Positions 12,900-25,279 of a stretch of DNA of 64,000 nt are shown here, piece by piece. The stretch is from assembly GCA_051313645.2 (NCBI GenBank), contig JBNRSN020000007.1, forward strand, positions 74,462,001 to 74,526,000, written 5' to 3'. The translations under genes and the position numbers were made by a program. Position 1 is the first letter of the stretch. Every line of letters starts with the position of its first letter. Under the pieces are notes generated by a model, which made no database searches, was not told the DNA's origin, and saw nothing but the letters and a program-made list of their open reading frames with translations. The stretch is from Centroscyllium fabricii (Eukaryota).

Positions 12900-14230
12900 T
12901 ATTGATGGATAAATGGAAAATTTTACATTAGTTAAATGAAAAGACCAAGCACCAGGGCCTGATGTGATGGATCCTGACAGAGGAATTGCTGAAGCCCTAG
13001 GTATTGCTTTTAAGGGCTCTATTGAATGGGCGTGCCAGGGACTGGAGAGTGGCAAATGTACCCCTTTTTGAGACCAAGTGAATCCAAATGACTACAAACT
13101 AATGTTGGGGGAAAATCTTGGTCTCTGAGGGTGAAATTGCTGGTATCCAGATGAAGAGAAAATAGTTAAAATGGCCAGTATGGATTTCAAAAGTGTTGGT
13201 TGTGCTCCTCCAACCTGTTTGAGAAGGTAGCAGACATGGTAGATTGTGTTATGGAATTGGGGAGAGGATCGAAAACTGTATTAAATACTTGTTTGAAGGG
13301 TTTTGGGGGGGGGGGGGGTGGTGAGAAACAATAGTCAGTGGTTGGAAGTGGGTAGTTTTGCCCCAGAAGGTTCAGTTCTGGGGCCACAACTGCTCAATTT
13401 TCTATATCTATTGAGATACAAGCCTAAGCAGAGTGGTACTGAAATTTGCTGAGGATTCCAAAATAAGAGGCATACTTAATTCTTTTAGAAGATCAAAGGG
13501 ATATTGATAAGCTGGGGAGAAATGGGCTAAAGTGGCAGATGGCATTCAATACAGTATGTGTGAGATGGTACATTTTGATAAAGTAACCACAGTAATTTAT
13601 ACTCTGAATGGAAGTAGGCTCAGTGCTGTGGAAGAGAAGCGATTGGTGTACAGGCTTCACCGGATATTCAAAGGCAACACTTTGGGTTAATGAGGCCATA
13701 AAAATAGTTCTAAGTTTTATCACTAGGTACAGAATATAAAAGTCAAAAGATAATCATAAGCCTGTGCAAAACCTTGGAAGGACCTTGAGTATTATGTGCA
13801 TTGTTGTGCTCCACACTATAGGAAGGATATTGAGGCTTTAGAGAAGGTTTAACACCACTTCACTGGGATGCTGCCTGCTATTGGGAAATGAATGTGGAAA
13901 AAATTGGGACTTTTAAATTTATAACCGTACTGCTTACAGGTCGATTTAAAATTGAGTAGATGGGACAGAGTAGATCGAAGCGGACTGTTGTGGGGTCTGA
14001 AATGAGGGGGCCATAGGTACAAGATTAACTGAGCTTTAGAACAAGGGGCAGGAGTGGAGCAGAAACTGTCAACCTTGTGGATTGGGTAGGTAGATGAAGG
14101 AAAAGAGGTGAAGGTATGAGAATAGGGTGGGTAGATGTGAATATAACTACAGTAGTTACTCAGGTGGAGGCTAAAGGCTAACATGAACTGTTCACACCAA
14201 ATGGCCTGTATCTGTGTTGTAACTTCTATG
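12900..14230 (+). mobile_element. Old, degenerate CR1 LINE fragment
   Basis: Remnants of RT motifs (KFA(D)D, KWQM.FN, HYRKDIEALE). Confidence 0.6.
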
Positions 14231-14335
14231 TATGGACTACTTTTAATAAGATGCCAAACAAGTATAGAATACTCTAGGGTGTTGTGCATATAAAATGTCT
14301 TCCTTTTTAAAGAAAGGACTCCGGACTCATGTTAT

Positions 14336-15150
14336 AGGACTCCTGTGATCCCACCACCAAATGCATCTTCCCCCCCCCCCCCCCTCCCCTTTCAGCATTC
14401 CATAGGGACCGTTCCCTCCGTGACACCCTCGTCCACTCCCCAGCACCCCTTCCCCTTCACTTGGCACCTTTCCATGCAATTGCAGGAGATGCAACACCTG
14501 CCCTTGCATCCCCCCACCCCCCTCTTCCCACTGTCCAGGGCCCCAAACACCCCTTCCAGGTCAAACATCAATTTACTTGTACTTCTTGCAATCTAGTATA
14601 CTGTGTTCACTGCTCACAATGCAGTCTCCTCTACATTGGGGAGACCAAATGCAGATTGGGTGACCGCTTTGCAGGACACCTCCGTTCAGTCCGCTTGTCA
14701 CTTTAATTCTCCGTTTCACTCCTCCTCTGATCTCTGTCCTTGGCCTATTAAATTGTTCCTCGGAAGCTCAACGTAAACTCTGAACAACACCTCTTCCGAT
14801 TAGGCACTTTACAGCCCTCTGGACTCCATATTGAGTTCAACAATTTCAGATCATAACTTTGGCCCCCATTTGATGTTTACCTCCTTTAATCCACATATTT
14901 TTGTTTGGCCTTTTCTCTATATCGTGGCAACCACCTCCTGTTCTGCCAGAGCTTTTCACACCTGTCCAGCATCTCGTCTCATTTCGAATACCTCTTTTTT
15001 TTCTGTGTCTTATTTGTTCCCTCCCACCTTCCTGCCTGTGTTTCATTTTCTTTAGTTTTGACAAAGGGTCCGAACCCAAAACGTCGACTCTATTTCTCTC
15101 CACCGATGCTGCCTGGCCTGCTGAGTTTTTCCAGCATTTTCTGTTGTTGC
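14336..15150 (+). mobile_element. Penelope-like element 3' fragment with GIY-YIG endonuclease remnant and degenerate hammerhead
   Basis: ORF 14461..14706 FTCTSCNLVYCVHCSQCSLLYIGETKCRLGDRFAGHLRSV (GIY-YIG); TSD GACTCATGTTAT at 14324-14335 and 15151-15162; hammerhead relic at 15054-15089. Confidence 0.85.
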
Positions 15151-15814
15151 GACTCATGTTATGGTCCTGAGTTGCTTTAATGTTGGCTGCAGGTTAGGCA
15201 GTCAGATGGCCTTTGTAGTTATTACACTATTGATTTCAGAAGGTATACTTTCCTTTCCTTGACACAAGTGTAGGAATAATACCCTCTCTGGGCAAAGGTG
15301 CAGCACTTTGTGGGGGATGTGGTGATGCTGCTGTGTATCTTGAGCTGCAGCTGTGAAATTTGACAATAGACAACTATTTTCTTTGAAGGGCAGACTAACT
15401 TAAGACCGTGGAACCTCCTATTATTTGAGTGCCAGTTATTGGCCAGAATTTTCATGGGTCAAAGCCTTGGTTATCTTCACACCACCGGTTATTTTCACAC
15501 CACCTATAATTTGGCACTGATTACACACATTTTATTGCTTAACAATTTATTTTTTGTTGGGGGCAACTGTTGTGTAAAATGTCCTTTTTGGTGGGATGGG
15601 GAAGAAAAAGCTACTAGTTGTCACTAGGATTTCGGTGAAGTGTAATGGGTCTTTAAATCAACAGTCGTACAATATCTATTTGAATTGAAAACTTGAGAAT
15701 TCAGTTCTCTAAACTCTAGTTATGCCCAGAGAACATTAGGGTGAAGTACTAGTGATTACAGATCTGGTACTGATTGGAGCAATTTAAGGTCATGAATGAC
15801 TGGCACAGACACAA

Positions 15815-16155
15815 TGGCCAGGATTTTCATTGGGCCATGGAGTCTGGATTGGAGGCATGCGGGGGTTTAAAATCCAGAATTCCGGGGTCCCAACACCATC
15901 GTGCACCCAACCCACCTCCATGCCAGTTTCAAAGGAGGCTGGGACCTGCCTACCCAAGGCAGGAAGGGATTTGTGTCCATGAACTGCCTGTTAACAGGTA
16001 GTTAATGGGCGGTTTTTATCCTAATGCCTACTTTTAATGCTGAAGTGTGGGATTCCAAACCGCTCCAAACCACTGCAAGTTTGCAAGGCAGGCTGTCGGG
16101 TTGGAGGGGTTGAGATGTTAGTGTTCAGGTGAGTGGAGTGTGCGTGAGTGCAAAG

Positions 16156-16186
<31 letters not shown>

Positions 16187-16572
16187 CATAAAGTGTTTAA
16201 AGAAGTTTTACTTGTACTTTTCAGCCTTCCTTTAGGTCTGCGTCCCTCATCTCACCAGCACAGAAAGCAGAATGGCTGTGAACTGTCAAGTGACCGCTTT
16301 CAGCTTTGTGCAGGAGAGCTTTTTAACTGAATCTGTGGAGAAGGACTCATGTTAGAAGTAAGACTCAGTGTTTGACAGCTTCACAACAGCTGTGAAACAC
16401 TCTTGACAGATGAAATTTCAGTCTATGACATCACCTGTTGCCAGGTGGCCCTTAATTGGCCTGCTGGGCAGGCAAGTCAATAAAGTTGAAATCGTGTGGA
16501 TTGGCCACATCTCGGTGGAGGCGGGACTACAACTCCGAGTTGTAGTCTTGCCTCCTACCCAATTCCAGCCCA
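15815..16572. mobile_element. Harbinger-like MITE (degenerate)
   Basis: Imperfect TIRs GGCCAGGATTTT / AATTCCAGCCC. Confidence 0.45.
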
Positions 16573-17206
16573 ATGTGTATTGTACAAATATTGAAAGTGT
16601 ATGGGCTTAAATATTGTTTCCTTATCCTATTATGAATATACCCACTGGCAATACTCTAGTTGTCTACATAAGAATTAGGAGCAGGAGTAGGCCATATGGC
16701 CCTTGGAGCCTGCTCCCTTACATAATTGGTAGGTGAATCTTTGCCTTGTGGGTGTGGGAGCAGCAAATGTAACGGCCGCTGTTGGAGTCCTATAATGTCT
16801 GTTCTCTGGTTGCCTGATGATTGAGAGGTGTTGGTATATATGCATAACTCCATTTCCTTGTAACAATCAGGATTGTGATGTGTCCAATAATTTAGATGAA
16901 CCAGGTTCTCTTAAAATTTAAATACAATAACTTTGAGTCAATACAGGAATTTATCTACCTGACCTATTTGCACAAATCTACTGTCTGGTAGATGTGTGCT
17001 AGGCCATAGAGCAGTTGTGGTGATGCTTAAAGACTTGTGGTCCAGGGCTATCTGCTCTAAATGAGTGTTGAGGCTGTACTGGGGACCTGAGGAATGAAGC
17101 TGTCATATAGGAAGGTTTTTGGAGTATTGGCTAAACTGTTTCATAGTTTCACTGGCTATGCTGGCATTTTAATTTTCAAACATAAGGGAGAGGTGGTTGC
17201 TTGGGT

Positions 17207-17238
<32 letters not shown>

Positions 17239-19151
17239 CCCTCCCCTTTTTCCCCCCACATCGGATTCCTGTAACTGAGGTGGGTATCAGTCCCAGATAT
17301 TAATTTCTTCCCCCCCCCCCCCCCCCACCCCCACCTTTTTGCTGGGAGGGAAGTTTTTCCTCTGCTTCCTTGATTGTGGGTGACCATTTCAACTGGAGCT
17401 GTCATCAGACGTTCAAGTACTGCTGACTTTTTTGTTTTAATCTTGTGTGATGGATGCTTCTCGGCAAAACTTTTGCTTTAGACCAGTCATGTGTAGTGTG
17501 CTTTTTTTTTGCACTCCTCTTTGAAGAACTTTCAATGGTGGATGGACATCATCGGTTATACTATGGGTTGCAATAAGCATGGAGCAGGGTTTTATTTTTA
17601 ATCCCCTTCCTCCTTGTGTAGCAAGGGTGAGTGTCCATTTTATGGTTCCACAGGTACCACTGCCTTGTCCAAATGGTTGTTTTTCAAATGGCAGTGATGG
17701 GGTGTCCTGCATTGTCAAATAACCCAATCCGAGCTGGGTCTTGTCTTTTACCATCTTCTCTAGGATTGGTCACTAGATAGCAATAAGCAATAAAAAGCAA
17801 AACCTTAGATGATTAAAAATTTTTTTTTTAATTGCCTGGCATTCTAAAAATGTATAGAACTTTTCATTTCCTAGTGGTTCAAATTCCAGCCATCTCCCCT
17901 CTCTATACCCAAAGCATTCAGTAGTTATTTCTGAATTAAAATAAAACTTCGGAAATGCACAGCCGTCCCATCCACATCCAAAAGAGAAGATGGTTTAGTG
18001 TAGCTCCTTCATTAGGACTGTTCTTACCCCCCCCCCCAACAAACTTTATTCACTCTTATTTTTATATAAATGCTGATGTGCCTATTGTACCTTTTTTTTC
18101 TGTTCCAGTGTGCTTTTCTTTACTGGCCTGTTGAATTTGCTTCTGCTGTTAATGGCATGAAATGGTCTGCTGTAAATAGCTGTAAATACACCACAGGAAC
18201 AACAAAGCAGAAGTTCTGTTTTTTTTGGTGCCTACACACCCTAAAGTCAGTAGCTCAGCAGTTCCTTGATGCGTGAAGCAACATTTTATTGGGGGTGGAG
18301 GGGCGCAGGAGTGAGGAGAAAAACTCCAAATTTCTAAGTCGTGCAGAATTTGGAAATGTCGGAAGAGTTTACGAAAGTGCTGACCCCTGTCATGGGCGTT
18401 GGCATGTATAACTTGTATTTATATAGTGCCTTTTAATAGTCAAAAGTCCCAAGGTGCTGCACAGGACTAAGATGAAAAATCATGACTTGTATGGTTGAGC
18501 ATGACCCCTTGTCTGGCAGATTGCTAATTCAATTCCTTGGCATGCTCTAACATGTCCATTGACCACTTTCTAATGATTAAAACTTCCTGCCTTGAGGTGA
18601 AACACTTGCCTTGAATTACTTTTGCATGTGTAGCCAAACCTGTCTTTGTAATTCCATGACCCAAAGAATTGGTTGGCTCTTGACTGTAGTTTATTATATT
18701 ATAACCATTTCTAAATGGGTTTGTGAAATTCAGTAGCTTCATGCTAGAGCTTAGTTACTAAAACATTCTTATTTTGGGAACAATATTTGAGCTTGCAGAA
18801 GAATATACAGAAACGAGACCATTTTGGTCTGCCTGCCTGTCGCTGATAACCAGCCTACTGAAAGTCCATTCATTTACTGAAACGAAGTGGAACAATAATT
18901 CACTTGTCTCGATTGGAAGCTGCCTGGAAAAAAAATTAGAATGCTAAAAGGACGCTTACTTTTTTATTCACTCAAAAAAGCAATTGTGTAAATGTTGCAT
19001 TTTGTTTCTTGTTTTTAATTGTAGTATTTACAAAAATTGCTGGTGCTACTTGGTCATACAGGTATTACCTTAAGGATTATGATTTTCTTTACTTTATGCT
19101 GTAGTAGGCTGTGGGTTGCATTTGGCATGGAGGAATGGGAAAATGTTGGTA

Positions 19152-19433
19152 TAGGAAACTCTCTTTAACCGGCACCTAAATATCCAGAAATCTCTTAACC
19201 GGCAAAATTCAGGAGTAAGTTCAGTCTTACTATATATTAGTGGCCGCGTAACCGGGGTTCCTGTACCTGTGCTGTGCAACAGACTTCTGCACAAGTGCCG
19301 TGTAACCGGGGCTCCTGCACCTGTGGCAGTGTACAGGGCGCTCGTACCTTGGTAAGTATACCTCGCTGTATTCCGGACTTTTTGAACAACCGGCACCAGG
19401 CCGGTCCCGTCTATGCTGGCTAAGAGTTTCCTG
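19152..19433. mobile_element. Tc1/mariner-pogo MITE
   Basis: TIRs (C/T)AGGAAACTCT / AGAGTTTCCTG flanked by TA; internal duplication TGGCCGCGTAACCGGGG / TGCCGTGTAACCGGGG. Confidence 0.7.
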
Positions 19434-19699
19434 TACCCTGGAGTTGTGGGTTGTTTGGATGTGGTGGTGGTGAAATCAGTTTTTCATACGTTAAATCAAA
19501 TTGCACTTCAAAATATTGAAGCTCCCTGAAATGTCTCCTACCTCCATGATGGAATTTGCAGTAGAGAAGTTCTACATATTTTCCTTTTCCCATTTATCCC
19601 TGAAAATACTGATCAGAATAGACTGAGGAACTGTTCACCAGTACTTGTCCTAATGGTGACAGTTTTTCGTGTTGGCCTATTTAACCATGGAATGCATTG

Positions 19700-19702
<3 letters not shown>

Positions 19703-19757
<55 letters not shown>
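19703..19757. repeat. (TC)n microsatellite
   Basis: Read directly from the sequence. Confidence 0.95.
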
Positions 19758-19760
<3 letters not shown>

Positions 19761-20549
19761 CATCTAGTTCAGGCGAGGCCAGGGTCAGTTCAACTAACTC
19801 ACCATAGACTGGGAATAAGTGGTTATGCATTGCTTAAACTATGAAATGCTACAGCATCAAGTCTTCATGTATCAGGCAAGCAAAAGAATTTTGCAGTTAT
19901 TTTAGCAGGTTGAGTGTTCAAATATTGGCTTAAGTGAATTTCTGAACTTTGACCCACACTAGCATGCAATCTTGATCAATGCCCTGATCTGTAGATGGGT
20001 GCAGGGATTTTTCTGTACTGTCCACATTGCTTCTAATACCCTGTAGATAATTGCCTGCAATGGAGTGTTTTTTTTCTATTGTCTACCTTTTTTCTGCAGT
20101 TTGAGGACTAATTGCAGAAATGGAGGTTTTTGTATCATTTCCTGTTTAAACATGGAGCCTACAAAGTGACTTCCTCATGAAATTATATCGACCTTGAAAA
20201 ATAAAGTTCAAGAAACTGTCGAGCTGAGAAAGCAAAAGAAAACTTGGCAGCATTGCATTTTGGGGTGGGGGAAAAGTACCCTTTCTGTGACCTTTCAGGT
20301 GTCTGCAATGTGAAATTTACTGATTTTGAGGATTCTGATATCCTGCCGGTGTGTTTTGTAGGATTTTATTTCTCTGCTTTTATTCTTTTTCCCACCCACC
20401 ATCCAACAATTTTATTGCAAATTCTGATGCCAGTTGTGTGGGAACTGACAGCTGCCTGATCTGTTTATGAAAGGTGGATTCAGCCAGTGGTCCAACTTCA
20501 CTTGGAACATTTTTTTGGTTATTTAGTTCAAAATCAAAGTTGGCAAAGA

Positions 20550-21310
20550 GTTGGACTAACTGGTCACTTTCCGAGTGGCAGGCAGTGACCAGTGGGGTAC
20601 TGCAAGGATCGGTCCTAGGACCCCAGCTGTTCACTATTTATTAATGATCTGGGCGAGGGAACTAGAAGTAATATCTCCAAATTTGCAGATGAGACAAGGC
20701 TGGGTGGGCGTGTGCTGTGAGAATGTCTTTAAACTCCAGTATGATTTGGACAAGTTGGGTGATTGGGCAGAAACATGGCAGATGCAATATAACGTGGATA
20801 AATGTGAGGTTGTTCACTTTGGTGTCAAAAACAAGAAGGCAGATTAATATCTGAATGGCAATAGATTGGGAGAAGGGGAATAGGGTGGGATATGTGTCGA
20901 TGTAGGCTCGATAGGGATGTGGGGAGAGGGCAGGGACAGGGTACTGGGTTTGGATGATCAGCCATGATCTCATTGAATGGCGGAGCAGGCTCGAAGGGCC
21001 GAATGGCCTGCTCCTGCTCCTAGTTTCTATGTTTCTATGAGACCTGGGTGTCCTTGTGCACTAGTCGCTGCAGGTAAGCATGCAGGTGCAGCAGGCAGTT
21101 AAGGCGGCAAATGGTAGGTTGGCATTCATAGCGAGAGGGTTTGAGTAAAGGAACAAGGATGTCTTGCTGCAGTTGTACAGGGCCTTGGTGAGACCACATC
21201 TTGAGTATTGTGTGCAGTTTTGGTCGCCTTCTCTAAGGAAGGATGTTCTTGCCATGGAAGGCGTACAGTGAAGATTCACCAGGCTGATGACTGGGATGGC
21301 AGGAATGTGA
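20550..21310 (+). mobile_element. CR1 LINE RT fragment interrupted by a truncated HE1 SINE (20880-21038)
   Basis: KFADET and WQMQYNVDKCEVVHFG motifs; colinear with the CR1 copy at 25280-25690 except for the SINE insert. Confidence 0.8.
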
Positions 21311-21483
21311 AGGGCAGAAAGGTTTCCTGGTGTCCTGGCCCAACATTCATCCTTCTACCAATTTAACTGGCCGTTCATAACCCGTTGTGGTTTGTGGGAC
21401 ATTGTTGACCTAGTTTGGCTGCTGAGCTTGCTTACATTTTGTTGAATTTCAAAAATTTAATTATGTAACAGTCATTTGATGTG

Positions 21484-22480
21484 AGGTTGAGCACATTAAT
21501 CTGGTAACTGAAAAGCTGGCAACTTCAGTCGTCCGGCATAAATCGCCCCGACTGCCCTGCGCATGTGCAAAATGGCCACCACGATCGCTGCTTTGGCGAA
21601 TGATGTGCACTACCGAACGGCGCGTGCATGCGCAGATCATTCAAAACAGCCGCCGGAGGAGCTGGGCCTTCCGTGACGTCGGGGCATAGCGGCTCGCCTA
21701 CCATCCCTGAAACACTTTCACCTCAAAGCTCAATTTCTCATTCTTCTCGCCAACCTTCCAAGCTCCACCCTACATAAACTTGCTGTTTGCGTCCTATCCC
21801 ACAGGACGTTCTTAATGCCTATCGCACTGTCTTTGACAAACTTCAATGGCTTCCTGTATCCCAGTATTTAAAATATATACAACAACCTGCATTGATATGG
21901 TGCCTTTTAAAATAGAAAAACATCCCAAGGCGCCTCACAGAAGCATAATGAAAAACTGGACACTGAATTGAAGAATAGGGATATTAGGAGAGGCGACTAA
22001 ACCTGATTTTAAAAAATTGGGGTTTTAAGGAGGCTCTTGAGGAGAGGGAGGTGAAGCATACGGGTTTCGGGAACGGCGGGGAGAGGGAGGTGGAGAAGCA
22101 TACGGGTTTCGGGAACGGCGGGGAAGATGCACAAGTGCCCACAGTCAAAGGAACATAGTTAAGGGGCAGAAGTGGGTGGTTGTGGGGTTGGTGGAGATTG
22201 GAGATGGGGAGGTGTGATCCTGTGAAGAGATTTAAACAGGTTAGAATTTTAAATGTGAGCATTGGGGAACTTGGTGCCAATGCAGGTCAGCGATTGACAA
22301 ACAAGGATACAAACAGCAGAGTTCTGGATGAGATGATCTAATATTTTGCATGCGGGTCTGAAGCGCGTGGTTCCCCGGGGCAGCCTGCAGGCCGCCATCA
22401 GGAGGCACAAACTCAGCTGAGACTCGGCAAGGCTGTTCGGCGGCCATTTCTAATGTTCGCATGCATGTGGCCATTTTGCG
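21484..22480 (+). mobile_element. GCGCATGCGC-family MITE split by L2 fragments (about 21700-22345)
   Basis: Left end AGGTTGAGCACATTAATCTGG; 22346-22480 matches the reverse complement of 23584-23720. Confidence 0.6.
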
Positions 22481-23502
22481 GGGGGGGGGGGAAATTCAGT
22501 GAGTCAAGTGAATTGAATATTTAGAGTTCTGAGTCCACCCAGTTTAAAATCACTTGGCCTTTAAAGATGTGAGCCTTGACTTTTTTTTATATATCCAGTC
22601 TAAGGGCAGCGAGTTCCTGACCGGTTATAAATGTTACAGTTAAACTTTACTGTGCAGCTTGTTGCAAAGGATTGATTATTGGCATCTTCACATGACAAAT
22701 ACTGGGTCATTAATAGTTGCTAAAATTAAATTCTCAAATGTATAGAAAGAGGATTTATTTTCTGATCTTGGGGATAAGTCTAACTACTGTACTGGTGTGG
22801 TTAGCTTAGATTTGTTTTACACTTGAATTTCATCTATCCTGAACTACCTCCTAGGAAGCTAAAATTCCTAGTTAATTGAAATGTTCAGATTTCACATTCT
22901 TGTGGAGATTTATACAAATGAAACTCTTGCAGCGCACAGTAAGTCACACCTAAGGCCTACTCTAGCCTTCAAAAGGACTTGGTAGGAATGTGACCTCCTT
23001 GTTTTTCGATATTGAATTTTTAAAAAATTCAATAATTCCCACATGTTAAGTACTAGGATACTGTCGTGTGGATGAAATTACTGTGAAAGCAGTAGGAATA
23101 ATAGTAATCCAAGTGTGCCATTGTACTGTGTAGGGCAGCAAGATTTTAGTGGGGCTGTAATGATTGTACACCTGAGGGAAGGATCTGAATTGGATGATGG
23201 AGTGATTGGCTGCCAGAGTCCTTTCATGGTTGCCAGAGTCCTTTTCATGGTTGATTTTTATTTTTATTGATCTAAGTAGGTTGACTTGTAAATGAAGGTT
23301 AAAAGCTAGTTTCCACTAAGGCTGTTGGAGCTTTCATTTGGAATATGTAAAATATTAAATGGCTTGGATATGGTCATTTATTTTGTGAATTGCAAATATT
23401 TTTATTTTCAATTCTATAAATCTGCAAACATTAAAACAAGTCGACATGTTGCAGGTTAATGGTTAAGGTCAACCCTATCTTTATGCTTGGGGATAAATTG
23501 GC

Positions 23503-23928
23503 CAGTTGGCACCAGTAATCTGGCATGGGTGGGACCAGGCCCGTGCCGGGAAAGTGAAAAAACCGTCGGAATGAAGTCGGTCAGTGCACATGTGCACACC
23601 ACACCGAACGTCCTTGGTGAGTCTCCGCTGCGGTTTGTGCCTCCTGAGACGGCCTGCAGGCTGCTCTGGGGGACTGCGCGCTTCACCATGGCGGACGCTC
23701 GGGACCCGCACATCAAAACGCAGCGTGAGCCACCGCGCCCTGACTCCACGGAAGGCCCGGCTCGTCCGGCCGCTTTGAATGATCTGCGCATGCGCTTGCC
23801 ATCCGGCGGCGCATGCGCAGATCATTTGCTGAAGCCTCTATCGCGGCTGCCATTTTGCACAGCGCAATTTATACCAGACCACTGAAGTTGCCGGTGTTTC
23901 GGGTAACGGATTACCGGTGCTCAACCTG
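23503..23928 (-). mobile_element. Tc1/mariner-pogo MITE, GCGCATGCGC family
   Basis: Right end CGGATTACCGGTGCTCAACCTG-TA; degenerate left TIR. Confidence 0.7.
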
Positions 23929-23963
23929 TATTTTGTCCCCGTGTTGGGAATCTGCTGTAACTA

Positions 23964-24147
23964 CAGGTCTGACAGTTAATCCGGCACCGTCTGGACCAGG
24001 CCGGTGCCAGGCTAGTGAAAAATCTGAACAATGAGCTTCGGCGGGCGCATGCGCAGACCATTCAAAATGGCCGCCACGCAGACCAGTCGAAGAGGCCAGG
24101 ATTCGTGCCGGATGACTGATGTTTCCGGATAAACGGTGCCGGACCTG
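23964..24147. mobile_element. Short related Tc1/mariner-pogo MITE
   Basis: TA-CAGGTCTGACAGTTAATCCGG ... CCGGATAAACGGTGCCGGACCTG. Confidence 0.65.
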
Positions 24148-24548
24148 TTAATACACTATCCTAACTTTCAAAAGGCCATGTCCGCTACCTACACCAATGC
24201 AGAAATATGGTGGTCATAGGATTACCTTAATGACAAATGTCGCAGTCATGGTTTGAAATTCCACAGTCTAGCCTCGTGCATGTACAATGGCCACTTGGGT
24301 AGGTTATTTGAAGCCAGGAACTGTATCCCAGCAAGTCAGTGCCTTGGGAGAGGAGATGCAACATCTATTTTTATTCAGACCCATTTTGTAAGGTTGTTTG
24401 TGGTGTGTTGCATCTAATTCTGGAATTAAATGTTTTTAGAATATAGAGCAATAAAATATTGCCTTTATTGGGGTCTGCCAGTATGAAATGGAGTGCTTGT
24501 GTCTAGTTTCTATTTTGAAAGTTGGTAACCTTGTTCCTTCAGGTCTGA

Positions 24549-24662
<114 letters not shown>

Positions 24663-25279
24663 TGAACCAAACCATGTCAGCAACTTGGCCTCGTCTGATC
24701 ACCAAACAGCTGATGGCCCGTGCTGTGCCCTGGCGTTTTGCAGGTGTGAATTCATGTTCTTAAAAAATAAATACAGGAGTGCTTTTCAACCAACACCAGT
24801 TTTACTGTACACAACTTTCAGTATACTGACACAATAATCAGAATGGTGCAGTCCAGTGCTTCACAGCACTTTATTTTTCCTTTCTCTTCCTCCCCAACCC
24901 TTCCTGCATGCCTGCCCCCTACATACATCTGCATAACACTCATCGTAGAGGTTTTGATCCATTAAGCCCTCTGCATAGCACTCATCGTAGATGTTTTTAT
25001 CCATTAAGCCCACAACACTTAAGGTGTATAATGGCTGCCACAGACTGATGTTAAATTGATTCCACATATTTCCTTTTTATTTAGACAATTTTTGAATTGA
25101 GTCTTCCAAAGTTAACTATTTTAAGTTTGTGTCCTATATTGTAAACCAAAAAGCATTCCTCCACGCAAAACCAGTATACTTGGTAAGCAAAGTATTTTGT
25201 TGCAAAATGGTATCCAAGTAACCTCACTGCTTTAAATGTTTGGAGCGTACTTGAGTTTTGTCTTTGCTGTGGGAGCAGA

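Noticed and set aside
21700-22345. Twin-priming inversion of L2
   Set aside because: The 3' tail lies in the middle rather than at the outer edge, so two separate fragments is the simpler reading
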